Shown piece after piece: positions 1 through 11,236 of a stretch of DNA of 64,000 nucleotides. This DNA is from Terriglobia bacterium. GTDB taxonomy: Bacteria > Acidobacteriota > Terriglobia > JAJPHL01 > JAPKYU01. The DNA lies in assembly GCA_965206645.1 (NCBI GenBank), contig CBDBKE010000003.1, positions 32,001 through 96,000 on the forward strand. The letters are read 5' to 3'. Numbering within the stretch: the first letter of the stretch is position 1; each line of letters starts with the position of its first letter. The notes under the pieces were generated by a model, which did no database searches, was not told the DNA's origin, and worked only from the letters and a program-made list of their open reading frames with translations. The position numbers and the translations under genes are program-made.

Positions 1-2403
1 GACGGGCGCACGCTTGAAGGTGATACTGCCGAAGACACGCTGCGGAGTCTTCTCGGCTTTGACGAACCGGGCAAGACCGGTGCAAAGGCGGAAACGCTCG
101 GCATGTGGAATGTCCTCTGGGTACAGCAGGGGCAGTCCTTCGGCGCGCTCGATCTTCCCGAAAGTGCCCGATCGAACCTGCACAGCGCCCTGGAATCCGA
201 AGTCGGCACCGTCCTCGGTGGCCGCCGCGGGCGTGCTTTGCCGCAGGTGATCGAGAAACAGCTTGGCGAACTGGTCACAAGCAACAGCAAGCCGCGAGGC
301 GCATACAAGGACCTCATTGAGAAAACGGACGCTTTGCAGAGCGAGCTTGAGGGCCTGAGCACGCGGCGGCACGAACTTGCCAAAACGCTTGATGACCTTG
401 AAGAAGCGCAGGAAAAGCTGGCACGCTTGTCCGCCGGCGACCGCGACCAGGCCGACCAGACGGAACTGACCGAAGCGCGCAAAAGGCACGCACAACTGAC
501 CGAGCTAGAAGCGCGCATCGCAGCCGCCGCCAGTGACCTGGAACTGAAAAAACGTAATCTTGAGCAAGCCAACAATGCACAAACGGAACGTGCTGGCCTT
601 AAGGAAACTATTACTGCGGAAGAAAAGGCCGTTGAACAAGCCGGGCAGCGGCTGAAAAACGTACGCCAGCATGAAAAGGACGCCCGGTCGCAACTTGATG
701 CGTTGCGCGCCGGTGTGCGTGAAACCGAGGCGGCAGTCACCCAAGCTGACGGTGTCGTTTCACGGCAGCGCCGCACACTGGCCGCCGTGGAACGGCAGGC
801 GCGGATTCGCGAGTTGGAGAGCCGCTGCGGTAAAGCGCAGGCCGCTGAAAAACGTCAACACGAGGTCCAGCAGGGCGCCGCCGCCATCCTGGTTACGGAC
901 GAGGTAATTGAAGCGATACGCGGTGCGGCCAAGGGGCTGGAGACTGTTGAAAGCCGCCTTAACGCCGCCGCTACCCGCATCGTTTTTGATATGACCCCGG
1001 AGGCTCTGTCCGGCATCGAAATTGACGGTCAGGCGTTGTCGGCCGAGCAGCCTTCGGTTCAGGCCGTCGAGCCGGTAACAATCGCGATCCCCGATCACGG
1101 CCGAATCACGATTGAGCCGGCCATCAAGGACCGGGACAAGTTACTTGGTCAGCAGCGGGACACTAAGGCCACGCTGAAGGACGCGTTGCAGGCGGGTGGC
1201 ATCAAGACCGTCAATGATGCTGAAGATCAGTACACCCGGCGTCAGAAGCTCCTGCAGGCGGCGGAGCTTGCCCGGCAGGAGGCAGAACTGCACGCCCCGG
1301 CCACAGACGATCATGACGCCGGAGCGCAGGCGCTTTCCGACTATATCGAGGGTTTTCGAAAAATCCTGACCCGCGAGATGGCCGACCTCGACGCGGAGAA
1401 ATTGCCCGAACACGCGGAAGCCGAAGCAGAATTCCGGGCCGCTGTGGAGCACTCCGAAGAGGCACGGCGTGCTGTGGTCACGGCACGGGCCGCACTTGCC
1501 GGCCCGGAGAAGACTTTGAGCCATTTCCAAACCGAACGTGTCACCGTCAAAGTGCGGTATGACGACGGCAAGGAGCGACTTGAAAGGCTCCGGCGTCAGC
1601 TCGCGGACGCGGAACAGGAGCTTTCTGACGATCAGCTTCAGGCAAGAATAGATGCCGCCCAGGCCGAATTGTCAGAGCAGGAAACCGCCGTCGCAGGACT
1701 TGAGGCGCAACGCACAGACGAAACGATCCCGCAGTTGGAGGCTCGCACTACGCGTCTTGACAGGGCTATACAGGACAGGCGGGACAAGCCCGGCAATCTC
1801 AAGGAGAAGATTGCCGGGCTCCGGTCGCATGTCGAAGCGCTGGAAGGTGCCGGGCTTGACGAAGCCATTCAGCAAAAGGCGCGTGAGCTAGAATTCTGCG
1901 AGGAAGAACGTCGCCGCACTGCGCGCGAGGTGCAGGTTCTCAGTCTCTTGCTGTCAACGCTGCGTGCTGCCGAGCAGGATGCCAAGGAACGCTATTTGTC
2001 GCCGGTGATTAATCGCGTCCGGCCTTATTTGCAGCTCCTGTTTCCCGGTGCCGAAATCACGATCGACGAGAATCTGCACATCGTCGGCGTGGTCAGAGAA
2101 GCAGGCTACGAGGAAGCCTTTCATCATTTGAGCATGGGAACCCAGGAACAGATCGCCGTTCTGATCCGGCTCGCGTTTGCGGAGATGCTGGTCGAACAGG
2201 GGCATCCGGCAACCGTCATTCTTGATGATGCGCTTGTGTTCTCCGATGACCGGCGGGTGAGCCGCATGTTCGACATCCTCAATATGGCTGCGCGGAACGT
2301 CCAGGTGATCATCTTTACGTGCCGGGAGCGACTGTTCGAGGAACTTGGCGGTAGGCAATTGTCGTTGCTGCCCGGAAGCAGTGAAGAGCTGGTATCGGCA
2401 TGA
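1..2403 (+). CDS. YhaN/SbcC(Rad50)-like coiled-coil ABC ATPase, 5'-partial
   Basis: Frame is open from base 1. Long coiled-coil; C-terminal ABC signature LSMGTQEQ and Walker B VILDDALVFSD; LWVQQG motif typical of YhaN-like proteins. Confidence 0.8.
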   Translation, partial: DGRTLEGDTAEDTLRSLLGFDEPGKTGAKAETLGMWNVLWVQQGQSFGALDLPESARSNLHSALESEVGTVLGGRRGRALPQVIEKQLGELVTSNSKPRGAYKDLIEKTDALQSELEGLSTRRHELAKTLDDLEEAQEKLARLSAGDRDQADQTELTEARKRHAQLTELEARIAAAASDLELKKRNLEQANNAQTERAGLKETITAEEKAVEQAGQRLKNVRQHEKDARSQLDALRAGVRETEAAVTQADGVVSRQRRTLAAVERQARIRELESRCGKAQAAEKRQHEVQQGAAAILVTDEVIEAIRGAAKGLETVESRLNAAATRIVFDMTPEALSGIEIDGQALSAEQPSVQAVEPVTIAIPDHGRITIEPAIKDRDKLLGQQRDTKATLKDALQAGGIKTVNDAEDQYTRRQKLLQAAELARQEAELHAPATDDHDAGAQALSDYIEGFRKILTREMADLDAEKLPEHAEAEAEFRAAVEHSEEARRAVVTARAALAGPEKTLSHFQTERVTVKVRYDDGKERLERLRRQLADAEQELSDDQLQARIDAAQAELSEQETAVAGLEAQRTDETIPQLEARTTRLDRAIQDRRDKPGNLKEKIAGLRSHVEALEGAGLDEAIQQKARELEFCEEERRRTAREVQVLSLLLSTLRAAEQDAKERYLSPVINRVRPYLQLLFPGAEITIDENLHIVGVVREAGYEEAFHHLSMGTQEQIAVLIRLAFAEMLVEQGHPATVILDDALVFSDDRRVSRMFDILNMAARNVQVIIFTCRERLFEELGGRQLSLLPGSSEELVSA

Positions 2404-2422
2404 ATTGAGCAGGGGAGCCGTT

Positions 2423-4364
2423 ATGAGAATATCGTCTGTTCGCATTGAGAACTTCAGATCATTTAAGGACGAAACGCTGCCGCTGAACAACTATGCGTGC
2501 CTGGTTGGCTCGAACGGTGCTGGCAAATCGACGGTACTTACAGCCCTCAACGTCTTTTTTCGGGAGTCCGAGAATCTACCTACCGATCTGAGCCAGTTGG
2601 ACCAGGAGGATTTTCACTGCAAGCACACCGACAAGCCGATCCAGATTACCGTCACATTCACTGACCTTGATGACGAGGCCCAGGAAGACTTTTCTGACTA
2701 TGTGCGGCAGGGTCAGCTTGTTGTCTCTGCTGTTGCCACGTTCGACGGTGCCACGGGGAAGGCACAGGTCAAACAATACGGACAGCGCATCGGCATGCGC
2801 GCGTTTGCGCCATTCTTCGAAGCGGCGGATGCGGGCAAGAAGGTATTGGAGTTGAAGGAGATTTATGCCGGCCTTCGCGAAACCTGCCCAGACCTTTCGG
2901 CGCCCGGCACCAAAGACGCCATGATCCATGGCTTTGCACGATTTCGAAGCAGCGCGGCCGGGCGAATGCGAGCTTATCCCTAGCGAGGATCAGTTCTACG
3001 GTTTCTCTAAAGGCGCCAATCGGCTCGCCAAGCATATCCAGTGGGTATACGTCCCGGCGGTGAAAGATGCGACATCCGAGCAAGTCGAAGCGCGGAACTC
3101 GGCTCTCGGCAGACTTCTCGCCCGCACCGTCCGTTCAAAGACCAATTTTGATGAGACGGTGAAGGCCTTGCGAGCGGAGATGCAGCAGCAATATCAGGCT
3201 CTTCTCGATGGCAACCAGCACGTCCTTGATGATATCTCCTCGGCTCTTCAGATGCGGATTTCAGAATGGGCGCATCCCGATGCGCGATTGCGCTTGCAGT
3301 GGAAGCAGGACCCCGACAAATCCGTGCGCGTTGAAGAGCCATGGGCTCACATTCTTGCAGGTGAAGGCGATTTCGAAGGGGAACTCGCACGCTTCGGCCA
3401 CGGGCTTCAGCGGTCATACCTTCTTGCCCTGCTACAGGAACTTGCAGGCACGGATGCTGCAGGAGGCCCCACACTGATACTCGCCTGCGAGGAACCAGAA
3501 CTTTATCAGCACCCGCCGCAGGCGCGTCACCTCGCCGCCGTATTAAATAAACTCAGCCGTAGCAACTCGCAGGTCATCGTCTCCACCCACGACCCATTGT
3601 TCGTATCTGGTGAAGGTTTTGAAGACGTGCGGATGGTACGCAAAGACGCCGGTAGCCCATGTTCGTCGGTTTCCCACATGTCTTTTTCTGAGATCGCGCA
3701 ATCTGTTGCAGCGGCTACCGGCGAACAGCCTGTCAAGCCAAAAGGCGCTCTTGCGAAGGTCCATCAAGCCTTGCAGCCGGCTCTTAATGAGATGTTTTTT
3801 ACCCGCCGGCTTGTTCTGGTCGAAGGTCGAGAGGATGTAGCCTATATTCTTGCGTACCTCAATCTACTCGAAAAGTCAGAAGAATATCGCCGCATGGGTT
3901 GTCATATCGTCGCTGCGAACGGAAAGAGCGAGCTGTTGCAGCCATTGGTCATTGCGAAGCATATGAGAATACCGACTTATCTCGTCTTTGATGCTGATGC
4001 GGACAAGCCCGATAAGTATGGCAGGAGAGCCGAGCATGAAAAAGACAACAAGGCGATTCTGACGCTCGTCAACAAGCCGAACGAAGAGCCGATGCCGACT
4101 CAAACAATCTGGGGCGATGGCTTCACCATCTGGCATGCCGATATTGGTGCCGTTGTCGAAGCGGAGATTGGGAAGGAGGACTGGGAAACATTTCGTGCCG
4201 AGGCCGATAAGCGTTACGGGCATGCGGGCGGACTCAGGAAGAATTCTCTACATATTGGTGCGAGCCTCGCTTTTGCATGGGAGGCGGACAAGCGTTCGGA
4301 CAGCCTCGAACAGCTTTGTACCGCTATTTTGTCCTCGGGTAACAATGTGCCCTGGGGGCAGTAA
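2423..4364 (+). pseudogene. OLD-family ATP-dependent endonuclease (ABC ATPase + TOPRIM), split by one frameshift near 2928
   Basis: MRISSVRIENFRSF start, Walker A GSNGAGKST, EEPELYQHP, VSTHDP, TOPRIM LVEGREDV and FDADAD. Removing one base in ATGATCCATGGCT joins the two ORFs. Confidence 0.85.
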
Positions 4365-4439
4365 AGAATGCTGGTTAACCGATGAGTGACTCCCCGACAT
4401 TGGAGAATATCGATCCGAAATCGGCTTCGGCAGCGCCGA

Positions 4440-4789
4440 CCGCCGCTCAGGTTTCGGGTGGAATCCCGGGATCAATGGTTGTCGGCTGGCGGTTTGTTGA
4501 CGACAACCGACTATGTGATCGACGAAACTCTGACTACCCTCCGCTTCCGCCTCGGTCTTGATGCCGCTGAAGCGTGGTGGCTTCAAATCGATGGCTCAAC
4601 TCGACTGCGCATTGAGTCCATTGACGAAGCGCGAGGAGAACGGGCAAGGTCGCTCTTTTTCCGCTATCGCGACAAGGAATTTTCATTTACCGACTGCTGT
4701 AGCTTTGTTTTCATGCAAGAACTGCGAATTCTCCGGGTATTGACATTGACCATCACTTCCGGCAGATGGGCTTTGAGGTTGTTCCGTAA
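4440..4789 (+). pseudogene. VapC/PIN-domain toxin remnant
   Basis: TTTDYVIDETLT...FSFTDCCSFVFM; the canonical DHHFRQMGFEVVP* end lies in another frame after about 4748; N-terminus not recognisable. Confidence 0.7.
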
Positions 4790-4821
4790 AGTTCGCGGGG
4801 TTGTTCTCTGCTGCCTAGCCT

Positions 4822-5495
4822 TGGCCTGACCGGCCCTTTTTGTACCAGCTGAAGTGAGAGAGAATCTCACGAAGGAGGAAGCTGGAGATGCCGATCAGGA
4901 AGTACAAGGCGGAACAGATTGTAACCGTGCTGCGGCAGATCGAAGTGCAGATGGCAAATGGGAAGACCGCGCCGCAGGCGTGCAAGGAAGCTGGCATCCA
5001 CACCCAGACCTGTTACCGCTGGCGGAAGGAATACGGCGGACTCAAGCTAGACCAAGCGAAGCGGCTGAAGGAACTCGAGAAAGAGAACTCTCGGCTCAAG
5101 CGGTTGGTGGCCGAGCTTTCCCTGGAGAAGCAGGTTTTGCGGGATGTGGCGCAGGGAAACTTGTAAGCCCTGAGCGGCGACGTTGTGCGGTGGAGCGGGC
5201 ACGGGGGAAGTATGGCCTGTCGGAACGGCATGCCTGCCGGCTGCTGGGGCAATGGCGAGGGACACAACGATACGAGCCGAATCCTGTGCTGGACGAAGAT
5301 GGCCTCACCCGAGCGATCGTTGCCCTGGCGACGCAGTACGGGCGCTACGGCTACCGGAGGATCGCGGCCCTGCTGCGGGGTGCAGGCTGGCCAGTGGGCA
5401 AGGATCGGGTGCAGCGGATCTGGCGGCGGGAGGGGCTGAAAGTGCCGCAAAAGCAAAGACCCCGGGGATGGTTGTGGTTGAACGCGGTCCGGTCA
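4822..5495 (+). mobile_element. Internally deleted IS3-family element (orfA 4888-5166 intact, orfB truncated)
   Basis: IRL TGGCCTGACCGGCCCTTTTTGTACC; right tip CGGTCCGGTCA; 4-bp TSD GCCT (4818-4821, 5496-5499); GGGAAAC slippery site. Confidence 0.85.
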
Positions 5496-5536
5496 GCCTG
5501 GCCGTAGATTCAAAAAGAAGAGAAGGATGGAGAGGA

Positions 5537-6997
5537 ATGTTCAAATTCAATCTGTTTGCGGCCATGCTATGTCTGTTAACCCTAAACTTGATGGCGCAAA
5601 CCGTGCCGCGGCCCGCAGGTCCCTACTTCGAGCCACTCCTGGATTGGCAATACAGAGCAGGAATATCGAAGCGCGACATCGTGATCGCCCCCGGCGACAG
5701 CATCATTCCCCAGATTGCAAACAGTGGGACCCCGCAAAACGGGGGATTCTTTATGATCTTCCAGGCCAGTAATGTCTCGACGACCGTGGCGACGTTCCAA
5801 GTGGACTTCTTCGACCCGAACGGGGAATCCATGAACATGCCACTCGCAACAAGTCCCGATGACCTGACTGGCACACCTGCCCGTGGATTTCAGGGGGCCC
5901 TCTCCCCGGGCGGTTACGGTGCGCAAGTTACGATTCCAGACGGCTCTCCCACGGCCATTGGTTATGCCGTGGTGACCATGAATCCGGCCAAATCGGTTGC
6001 AGTCAACGCGACGTTCTTGCAGTTAGTTCCAGGGCGCCCGCTGTTTATGGCCGGCGTGCCACTGTCGAACGTCCTTCACAAGACGGCATTCATGCCGTAC
6101 CTATCAGGGGCTGGGTTCACTCCCACCCTGGCTTTGGTGTCGCTGCAGTCTCAGGATGTGACACTGATTGCGCGCACCGGCTTTGACGGAGCCGAACTCT
6201 GTAGAGCCACAATGGACTTCGGTGCTGGGCATCACCGAGCGTTCCTGTTAAGGGACGTTCTTTCCTGTACGTCTACGTCGGAGGGAACGCTTGAAATTCG
6301 CGGAGATCCTCTGTTGCCTGGCTCCATAACAGGGATTGGCTTTGAAGCGCATGACGAAGGAGCGTTTGTGACCCAGCCGATCTGGACGAGCTTGGCGCGA
6401 GTTACGGGCGAGATGTTCGCTCCGGCAGACGAAGCTGCGTTCAACGATCTCTTCGTTGGCAAACGGGGATCGACGAACTACCCGACAGCATATGTGGATT
6501 TTGTCAGTCCTGGGCGTTTCAGGGAAACCGAGGGCGCGGACACCTATACAGGAAGCTATACCTATCGGAACACGGGTCCGAATACGGGAACGTTAACGTT
6601 TAACTACGATGACGGCGATCGCTGTACGGCCAGCCTTACGTTTGATTCGACGACCTCGGGCACCGCAACCTCCACGTGCGACGACGGATCGAGCGTAGAA
6701 TACGACTGGCGGTTGATTGATATTCCCACCGGCGGAGACGATACAGCCGAAACACGGTACAACGTGGGTGACGTGATCACCACCTTGCCCACCGGAACCT
6801 GGTTTCCTGACCGGCTCAGCGGCAGCGTCGGGTTCAGGTTCGTAGACGGCAAGGCGGACATCCGCTTCGGCAACGGCGGGCTTATCGAAGAGAATGGCTA
6901 CAGATACATGTGCGAGAATGCCGGAGGTTGCCACGTCAATGACCGGGAGGTAAAAGCCAGGACGATTGTGGAAACCTCAACAGAGAACAACAACTGA
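5537..6997 (+). CDS. Secreted hypothetical protein
   Basis: RBS GGAGAGG; signal peptide MFKFNLFAAMLCLLTLNLMAQ; beta-rich Thr/Gly-rich modules. The longer ORF-track start lies inside the IS. Confidence 0.7.
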   Translation: MFKFNLFAAMLCLLTLNLMAQTVPRPAGPYFEPLLDWQYRAGISKRDIVIAPGDSIIPQIANSGTPQNGGFFMIFQASNVSTTVATFQVDFFDPNGESMNMPLATSPDDLTGTPARGFQGALSPGGYGAQVTIPDGSPTAIGYAVVTMNPAKSVAVNATFLQLVPGRPLFMAGVPLSNVLHKTAFMPYLSGAGFTPTLALVSLQSQDVTLIARTGFDGAELCRATMDFGAGHHRAFLLRDVLSCTSTSEGTLEIRGDPLLPGSITGIGFEAHDEGAFVTQPIWTSLARVTGEMFAPADEAAFNDLFVGKRGSTNYPTAYVDFVSPGRFRETEGADTYTGSYTYRNTGPNTGTLTFNYDDGDRCTASLTFDSTTSGTATSTCDDGSSVEYDWRLIDIPTGGDDTAETRYNVGDVITTLPTGTWFPDRLSGSVGFRFVDGKADIRFGNGGLIEENGYRYMCENAGGCHVNDREVKARTIVETSTENNN

Positions 6998-7393
6998 CAG
7001 GCTCTATGTGCTCGATTCGCAGCACAAGGTCCACACGTATTGGACCTTAGGACAGCGCGATCCGGCTTTTGACTTCGACCTGGACGCCGAGATTGTACTT
7101 GCTGACGGGCTCAATCCTACTACTTTCTTCTCCGGGGACTAGAGTTTTAGAGTGGAGGTCCCCGAGGGGGCGGCAGCGCTCAGCGCCAATCTGGACGAAC
7201 ATGGCGCGAGTTCTAGAGTAGCGCATCGCCTTTTTGTGACGAAACGTGGCCTTGTCTGGCAATTCCGGCGATGTAGGGTGCCGCCCGGATTGCTGCAACA
7301 ATATCTTTTCAGGACGATGAGCCTGTGACTGCGGCTAGGAAGAAAAACATGCTACTCGGAAAGCTTGACGAATCCGCCGGCAGGGTGAGTTCC

Positions 7394-10231
7394 ATGGTGT
7401 CTCTGGTGTTGCGCCGCTCAGGGATTTTCTTTCTCCTGGCATTTTCTCTGCTGGCGCAGTCAGCCTGGGGCCAACGGATCGGGCCGCTGGTTCTGGACAA
7501 CCAACAGCGGTCGAAGGCGTCGCCGGCCGAGCGCGCGGTGGCGGTCGGGCCGCCCAGCCTGCGACTGAGCCTTCCGCCGCCAGCCGCGATTGCTCTACCG
7601 CCGTTGGGTCCCGACGATTTGCAGCGTTTGCAACCGCAGGAGGGCCAACCTCCCGTCATCGGCGTTCACCGTCGGTTGCCGCCGGGAGCGGTCACGCGGA
7701 GCTTCTCCGGGGGGGCCGTCAAGACGACCGCCGAGCGAGCGTGGCAATCAACCGCAGTCGGACGCCTTTGGCGTCTGAAGACAACCTCCCCCGGCGCTCG
7801 CGCGATGCGCATTCACTTTCGGGACTTCGCCATCGGGGCGGGCAGCCTCTGGCTCTACTCGGCGAGCGGGCAGGTCGTCGGGCCCTATACCGGCTCGGGT
7901 CTGTACGGGGACGGAGACTTCTGGAGCGGCATCGTTTTCGGTGACAGCCTGACGATCGAGTATATGCCCGATGGGGCGTCGGCGAAAGAAGCCGTGCCGT
8001 TCCAAATTGTGGCGATCAGCCATATCTGGGACGATGCTTTTGGGGGCGGCGTGGGGGGGGGCGTCCGATGGCCGCAGGGCGCGTTGGGAAGCTCAGACAG
8101 GCGAGGATCGCTAAAGCCGCTGCCCGACCGGATCGACGTTGCGGTGGGAACGCAGTTGAAGAAGTCGCGGCTGACAAAGTCGCGGCTGACAAAGGCAATA
8201 CAGTCGGTCGAGCGGTCCTCCTCCCTGCAACAGCCGCGCCCGAAAGCGGCAAGACAACTCACGCCCGGACAACCCGTCAGCTTCCGCCGGGGGCCGGCTG
8301 ACGCGCCGACGCTCTTCAACGGGGATAACTCGTTCCGGCTGGAGGTTCCCGAGAACGCCTCCCGCGTAACCTTCACGCTGGAATCTGATGTCGACGTGGC
8401 TCTGCTTGTCCGCTATGGCGAGGACAACGACGTTCAGGATGGGAGGCCTGTCTTTGACTACGCCGCTGACGAGTTCTTTGCGGGCACCGAGGAGATTGTC
8501 ATTACCTCCCCATCCGATCCGCCGCTCCGATCTGGAACTTACTTCGTCTCGGTATTAGTCTTTGATACGGGCGTCGTCGCCAACTGCACGCTCACGGCGG
8601 AAGTGGAACTCGACGGAGAAGCTCCGCCGCCGATGCCCGGCGGCCGCCCGCTCACGCCCGGACAACCCGTCAGCTTCCGCCGGGGCCCGGTTGACACCCC
8701 GACGCTCTTCCATGGGGATAACTCGTTCCGGCTGGAGGTTCCTGAGAACGCCTCCGGCGTAACCTTCACGCTGGAATCCGATGTCGACGTGTCTCTGCTT
8801 GTCCGCTATGGCGAGGACAACGCCTTGCAGGATGGGAGGGTTGTCACGAACTACAGCTCCAGAAACCCCACGGGCAACGAAGAGATTGTCATTACCCCCC
8901 AATCCGATCCGCCGCTCCGATCCGGAACTTACTTCGTCTCGGTAGGAGTCTTTGCTACGGGCGTCGTCGCCAACTGCACGCTCACGGCGGAAGTGGAACT
9001 TGACGAAGAGGATCAGACACCGATAAGCGGCGGCACGCTCACGCCCGGACAGCCCGCCGACTTCCGCCTGGGACCGGTCGACTCCCCGACGCTCTTCACC
9101 GGAGATCACTCGTTCCGGCTGGAGGCTCCCGAGAACGCCGCCCGCGTAATCTTCACGCTGGAATCCGTCGATCCCGATGTTGATTTGGCTTTGTTTGTCC
9201 GCTATGGCGAGGACAACGCCTTTCAGGATGGGAGGCCTGTCTTTGACCACGGCTCCAAGAACCCCACTGGCAATGAACGGATCGGCATCACCCGACGCTC
9301 CGACCCGCTGCTGCGAGCCGGAACCTACTTCGTCTCGGTATTAGTCTTTGATACGGGCGTCGTCGCCGAGGGCACGCTCACAGCGACAGTGGAGACGGAC
9401 ACCGTGGACTGTCACCTTGACGTGACCTGCTACCCAGAATGGTCGAGTTCCGCAACGGGCGTCGCGCAAATTCTCTATGAGACAAGCGAGGGCAGTTTCG
9501 TCTGTTCGGGCACATTGCTGAATAACCGCCAGCAGGACTTCATTCCCTACTTTCTCACCGCCGCCCACTGCGTGCATACCGAGGAGGAAGCGCGGAGCGT
9601 GACAGCGTTCTGGTTATACCAGACACAAACCTGTAACGGAGAACTGCCGGACTTTCAGAGCGTGCCGCATACCGAGGGAGCGCGCCTGCTCTCGACCTTG
9701 GGCGGCGGCACCATCGAAGGAAGAGCGTCCCCCGACGGCGATATGACGCTGCTGCGGCTCGAAGGTGGTTTACCGGACGGTGTGATGTTCCAAGGCTGGG
9801 ACGTGGAACCTCAACCTATCGGCGCGCAGGTCACCGGCATTCATCATCCCGGGAGCGATTGGGGCTTCTTTAAGCGGATTTCCTTCGGTCAGATCATTCC
9901 CGACCCAGCATCTAGAATTTCCGTCGATGTCTACGCCTTCGTCTCCAATACGCAAGGCTACACGGAGGGAGGCTCTTCCGGGTCCGCCCTCTTTAGCAGT
10001 CCCGGAACCGTGGTTGGGGCGGCTAGTTTTATCCGTGGCGGAAGAGCAGAAGCAGAAAACGCCTGCCGGACCGGCAGCGCTCGTCATGGCGGCTACACGC
10101 ACTTGTCGCTTTTCTATCCCCATATCCGGCAGTTCATTGACAGCAGCGACGGCGCGCGAGCGCCGCTGTTGGAAGAAATACGAGGTCTCCTTCCACTAGT
10201 CTCTCGTCCGACAAAAGAGTTGACGTACTAA
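7394..10231 (+). CDS. Secreted trypsin-like (lysyl-endopeptidase-like) serine protease with three PPC-like repeats
   Basis: Signal peptide; catalytic motifs CSGTLLN..LTAAHC, DMTLLRL and GGSSGSALF; three ~125-aa LTPGQP... repeats. Start codon uncertain (7325-7394). Confidence 0.8.
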   Translation: MVSLVLRRSGIFFLLAFSLLAQSAWGQRIGPLVLDNQQRSKASPAERAVAVGPPSLRLSLPPPAAIALPPLGPDDLQRLQPQEGQPPVIGVHRRLPPGAVTRSFSGGAVKTTAERAWQSTAVGRLWRLKTTSPGARAMRIHFRDFAIGAGSLWLYSASGQVVGPYTGSGLYGDGDFWSGIVFGDSLTIEYMPDGASAKEAVPFQIVAISHIWDDAFGGGVGGGVRWPQGALGSSDRRGSLKPLPDRIDVAVGTQLKKSRLTKSRLTKAIQSVERSSSLQQPRPKAARQLTPGQPVSFRRGPADAPTLFNGDNSFRLEVPENASRVTFTLESDVDVALLVRYGEDNDVQDGRPVFDYAADEFFAGTEEIVITSPSDPPLRSGTYFVSVLVFDTGVVANCTLTAEVELDGEAPPPMPGGRPLTPGQPVSFRRGPVDTPTLFHGDNSFRLEVPENASGVTFTLESDVDVSLLVRYGEDNALQDGRVVTNYSSRNPTGNEEIVITPQSDPPLRSGTYFVSVGVFATGVVANCTLTAEVELDEEDQTPISGGTLTPGQPADFRLGPVDSPTLFTGDHSFRLEAPENAARVIFTLESVDPDVDLALFVRYGEDNAFQDGRPVFDHGSKNPTGNERIGITRRSDPLLRAGTYFVSVLVFDTGVVAEGTLTATVETDTVDCHLDVTCYPEWSSSATGVAQILYETSEGSFVCSGTLLNNRQQDFIPYFLTAAHCVHTEEEARSVTAFWLYQTQTCNGELPDFQSVPHTEGARLLSTLGGGTIEGRASPDGDMTLLRLEGGLPDGVMFQGWDVEPQPIGAQVTGIHHPGSDWGFFKRISFGQIIPDPASRISVDVYAFVSNTQGYTEGGSSGSALFSSPGTVVGAASFIRGGRAEAENACRTGSARHGGYTHLSLFYPHIRQFIDSSDGARAPLLEEIRGLLPLVSRPTKELTY
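8257..9390 (+). repeat. Three intragenic ~380-bp repeats encoding PPC-like domains
   Basis: CTCACGCCCGGACA at about 8258, 8651 and 9038, each followed by near-identical sequence. Confidence 0.85.
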
Positions 10232-10432
10232 ACCCGGATTTCCACTTTAGTTTCGGTTCTGCTAACCATCGGGTGGCCTCGGACGCCTTTATTAATGCGG
10301 GTTTGAAAGCACTCAAGGCACTGAGGAGATCAACACTCAATGGGTGAAAAAGAAAACAAATGAAGAATCAATCGTGTGTTCGACCGCGGCAAGAACAAGA
10401 ACGACTCCCGAGAGCAAGGCAATGCGTAGCGC

Positions 10433-11236
10433 GGTACTGTCAAGTTAGCGTTCGTCGAGCGAGCCGGTACTCGGGATCGTGATCTCAGTTCGAGTCAGGC
10501 GGCGATCGTGACTGCATCCCAAATGAGAAAAGAGCGTCCTCGTAGCTCCCGATGATGCACCGCTCGCACCAGGTGACGGCCAACGCGGAAGAGGTTGCGG
10601 ACGAGTCCATGCACGGACAAGAATCGTTGTGCCTGCCCGGGAGATTTGAACCGGCGCATTTGTCGCTCGCGTTGCCGTGTGGGCTGGTGGGAGACTTCGG
10701 CGCGATTGTTCTCGTATCGGTCCGTGCGATGGGCGACGGACGGCATGACCGCTCGGTGCGCAGCCCTGTAGCTGCTCAGCTTGTCGGTGACCAACCGCCC
10801 AGGCGTACGCTCCTGGCCCTTCAACAGCTTGCGGAAAAAGCGTGTAGCCGCCCGACAGTCGCGACGCGACTGGACGAGGATATCGATGACGTCACCATCT
10901 TGATCGACGGCACGCCAGAGATAGCGCCGCTGTCCCTGGATGGTGACGAAGACCTCGTCCAGGTGCCAGATGTCGCCCAGCCGGCCCTGTCGACGATTGA
11001 GCCGGCGAGCGTATACTGAACCGATCGTGAGGCACCACAGCCGGATCGCTTCGTAGGACACCGTAATGCCGCGTTGGGCCAGGAGATCTTCGACATCGCG
11101 AAAGCTCACACCGAAGCGGTGATACAGCCAGACGGCGTGGCTGATAATGTCGGGTGGGAATCGATATCCATGGTAGCTCAGCGTGTCGCGTTTCATCGGC
11201 CAAGTCTGCCACGCTCCCACTGAACTTGACAGTACC
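10433..11236 (-). mobile_element. IS6-family element, copy 1 (transposase ~10495-11196)
   Basis: 14-bp IR GGTACTGTCAAGTT / AACTTGACAGTACC; WHLDEVFV, YLWRAVDQDG, TDKLSSY, NNRAEVSH. Confidence 0.95.

Noticed and set aside
2423-4364. Gabija system
   Set aside because: No UvrD-like gajB follows the OLD/TOPRIM gene.
5183-5536. N-terminal extension of the 604-aa ORF
   Set aside because: Lies inside the deleted IS3 in a non-transposase frame; the RBS and signal peptide point to 5537.
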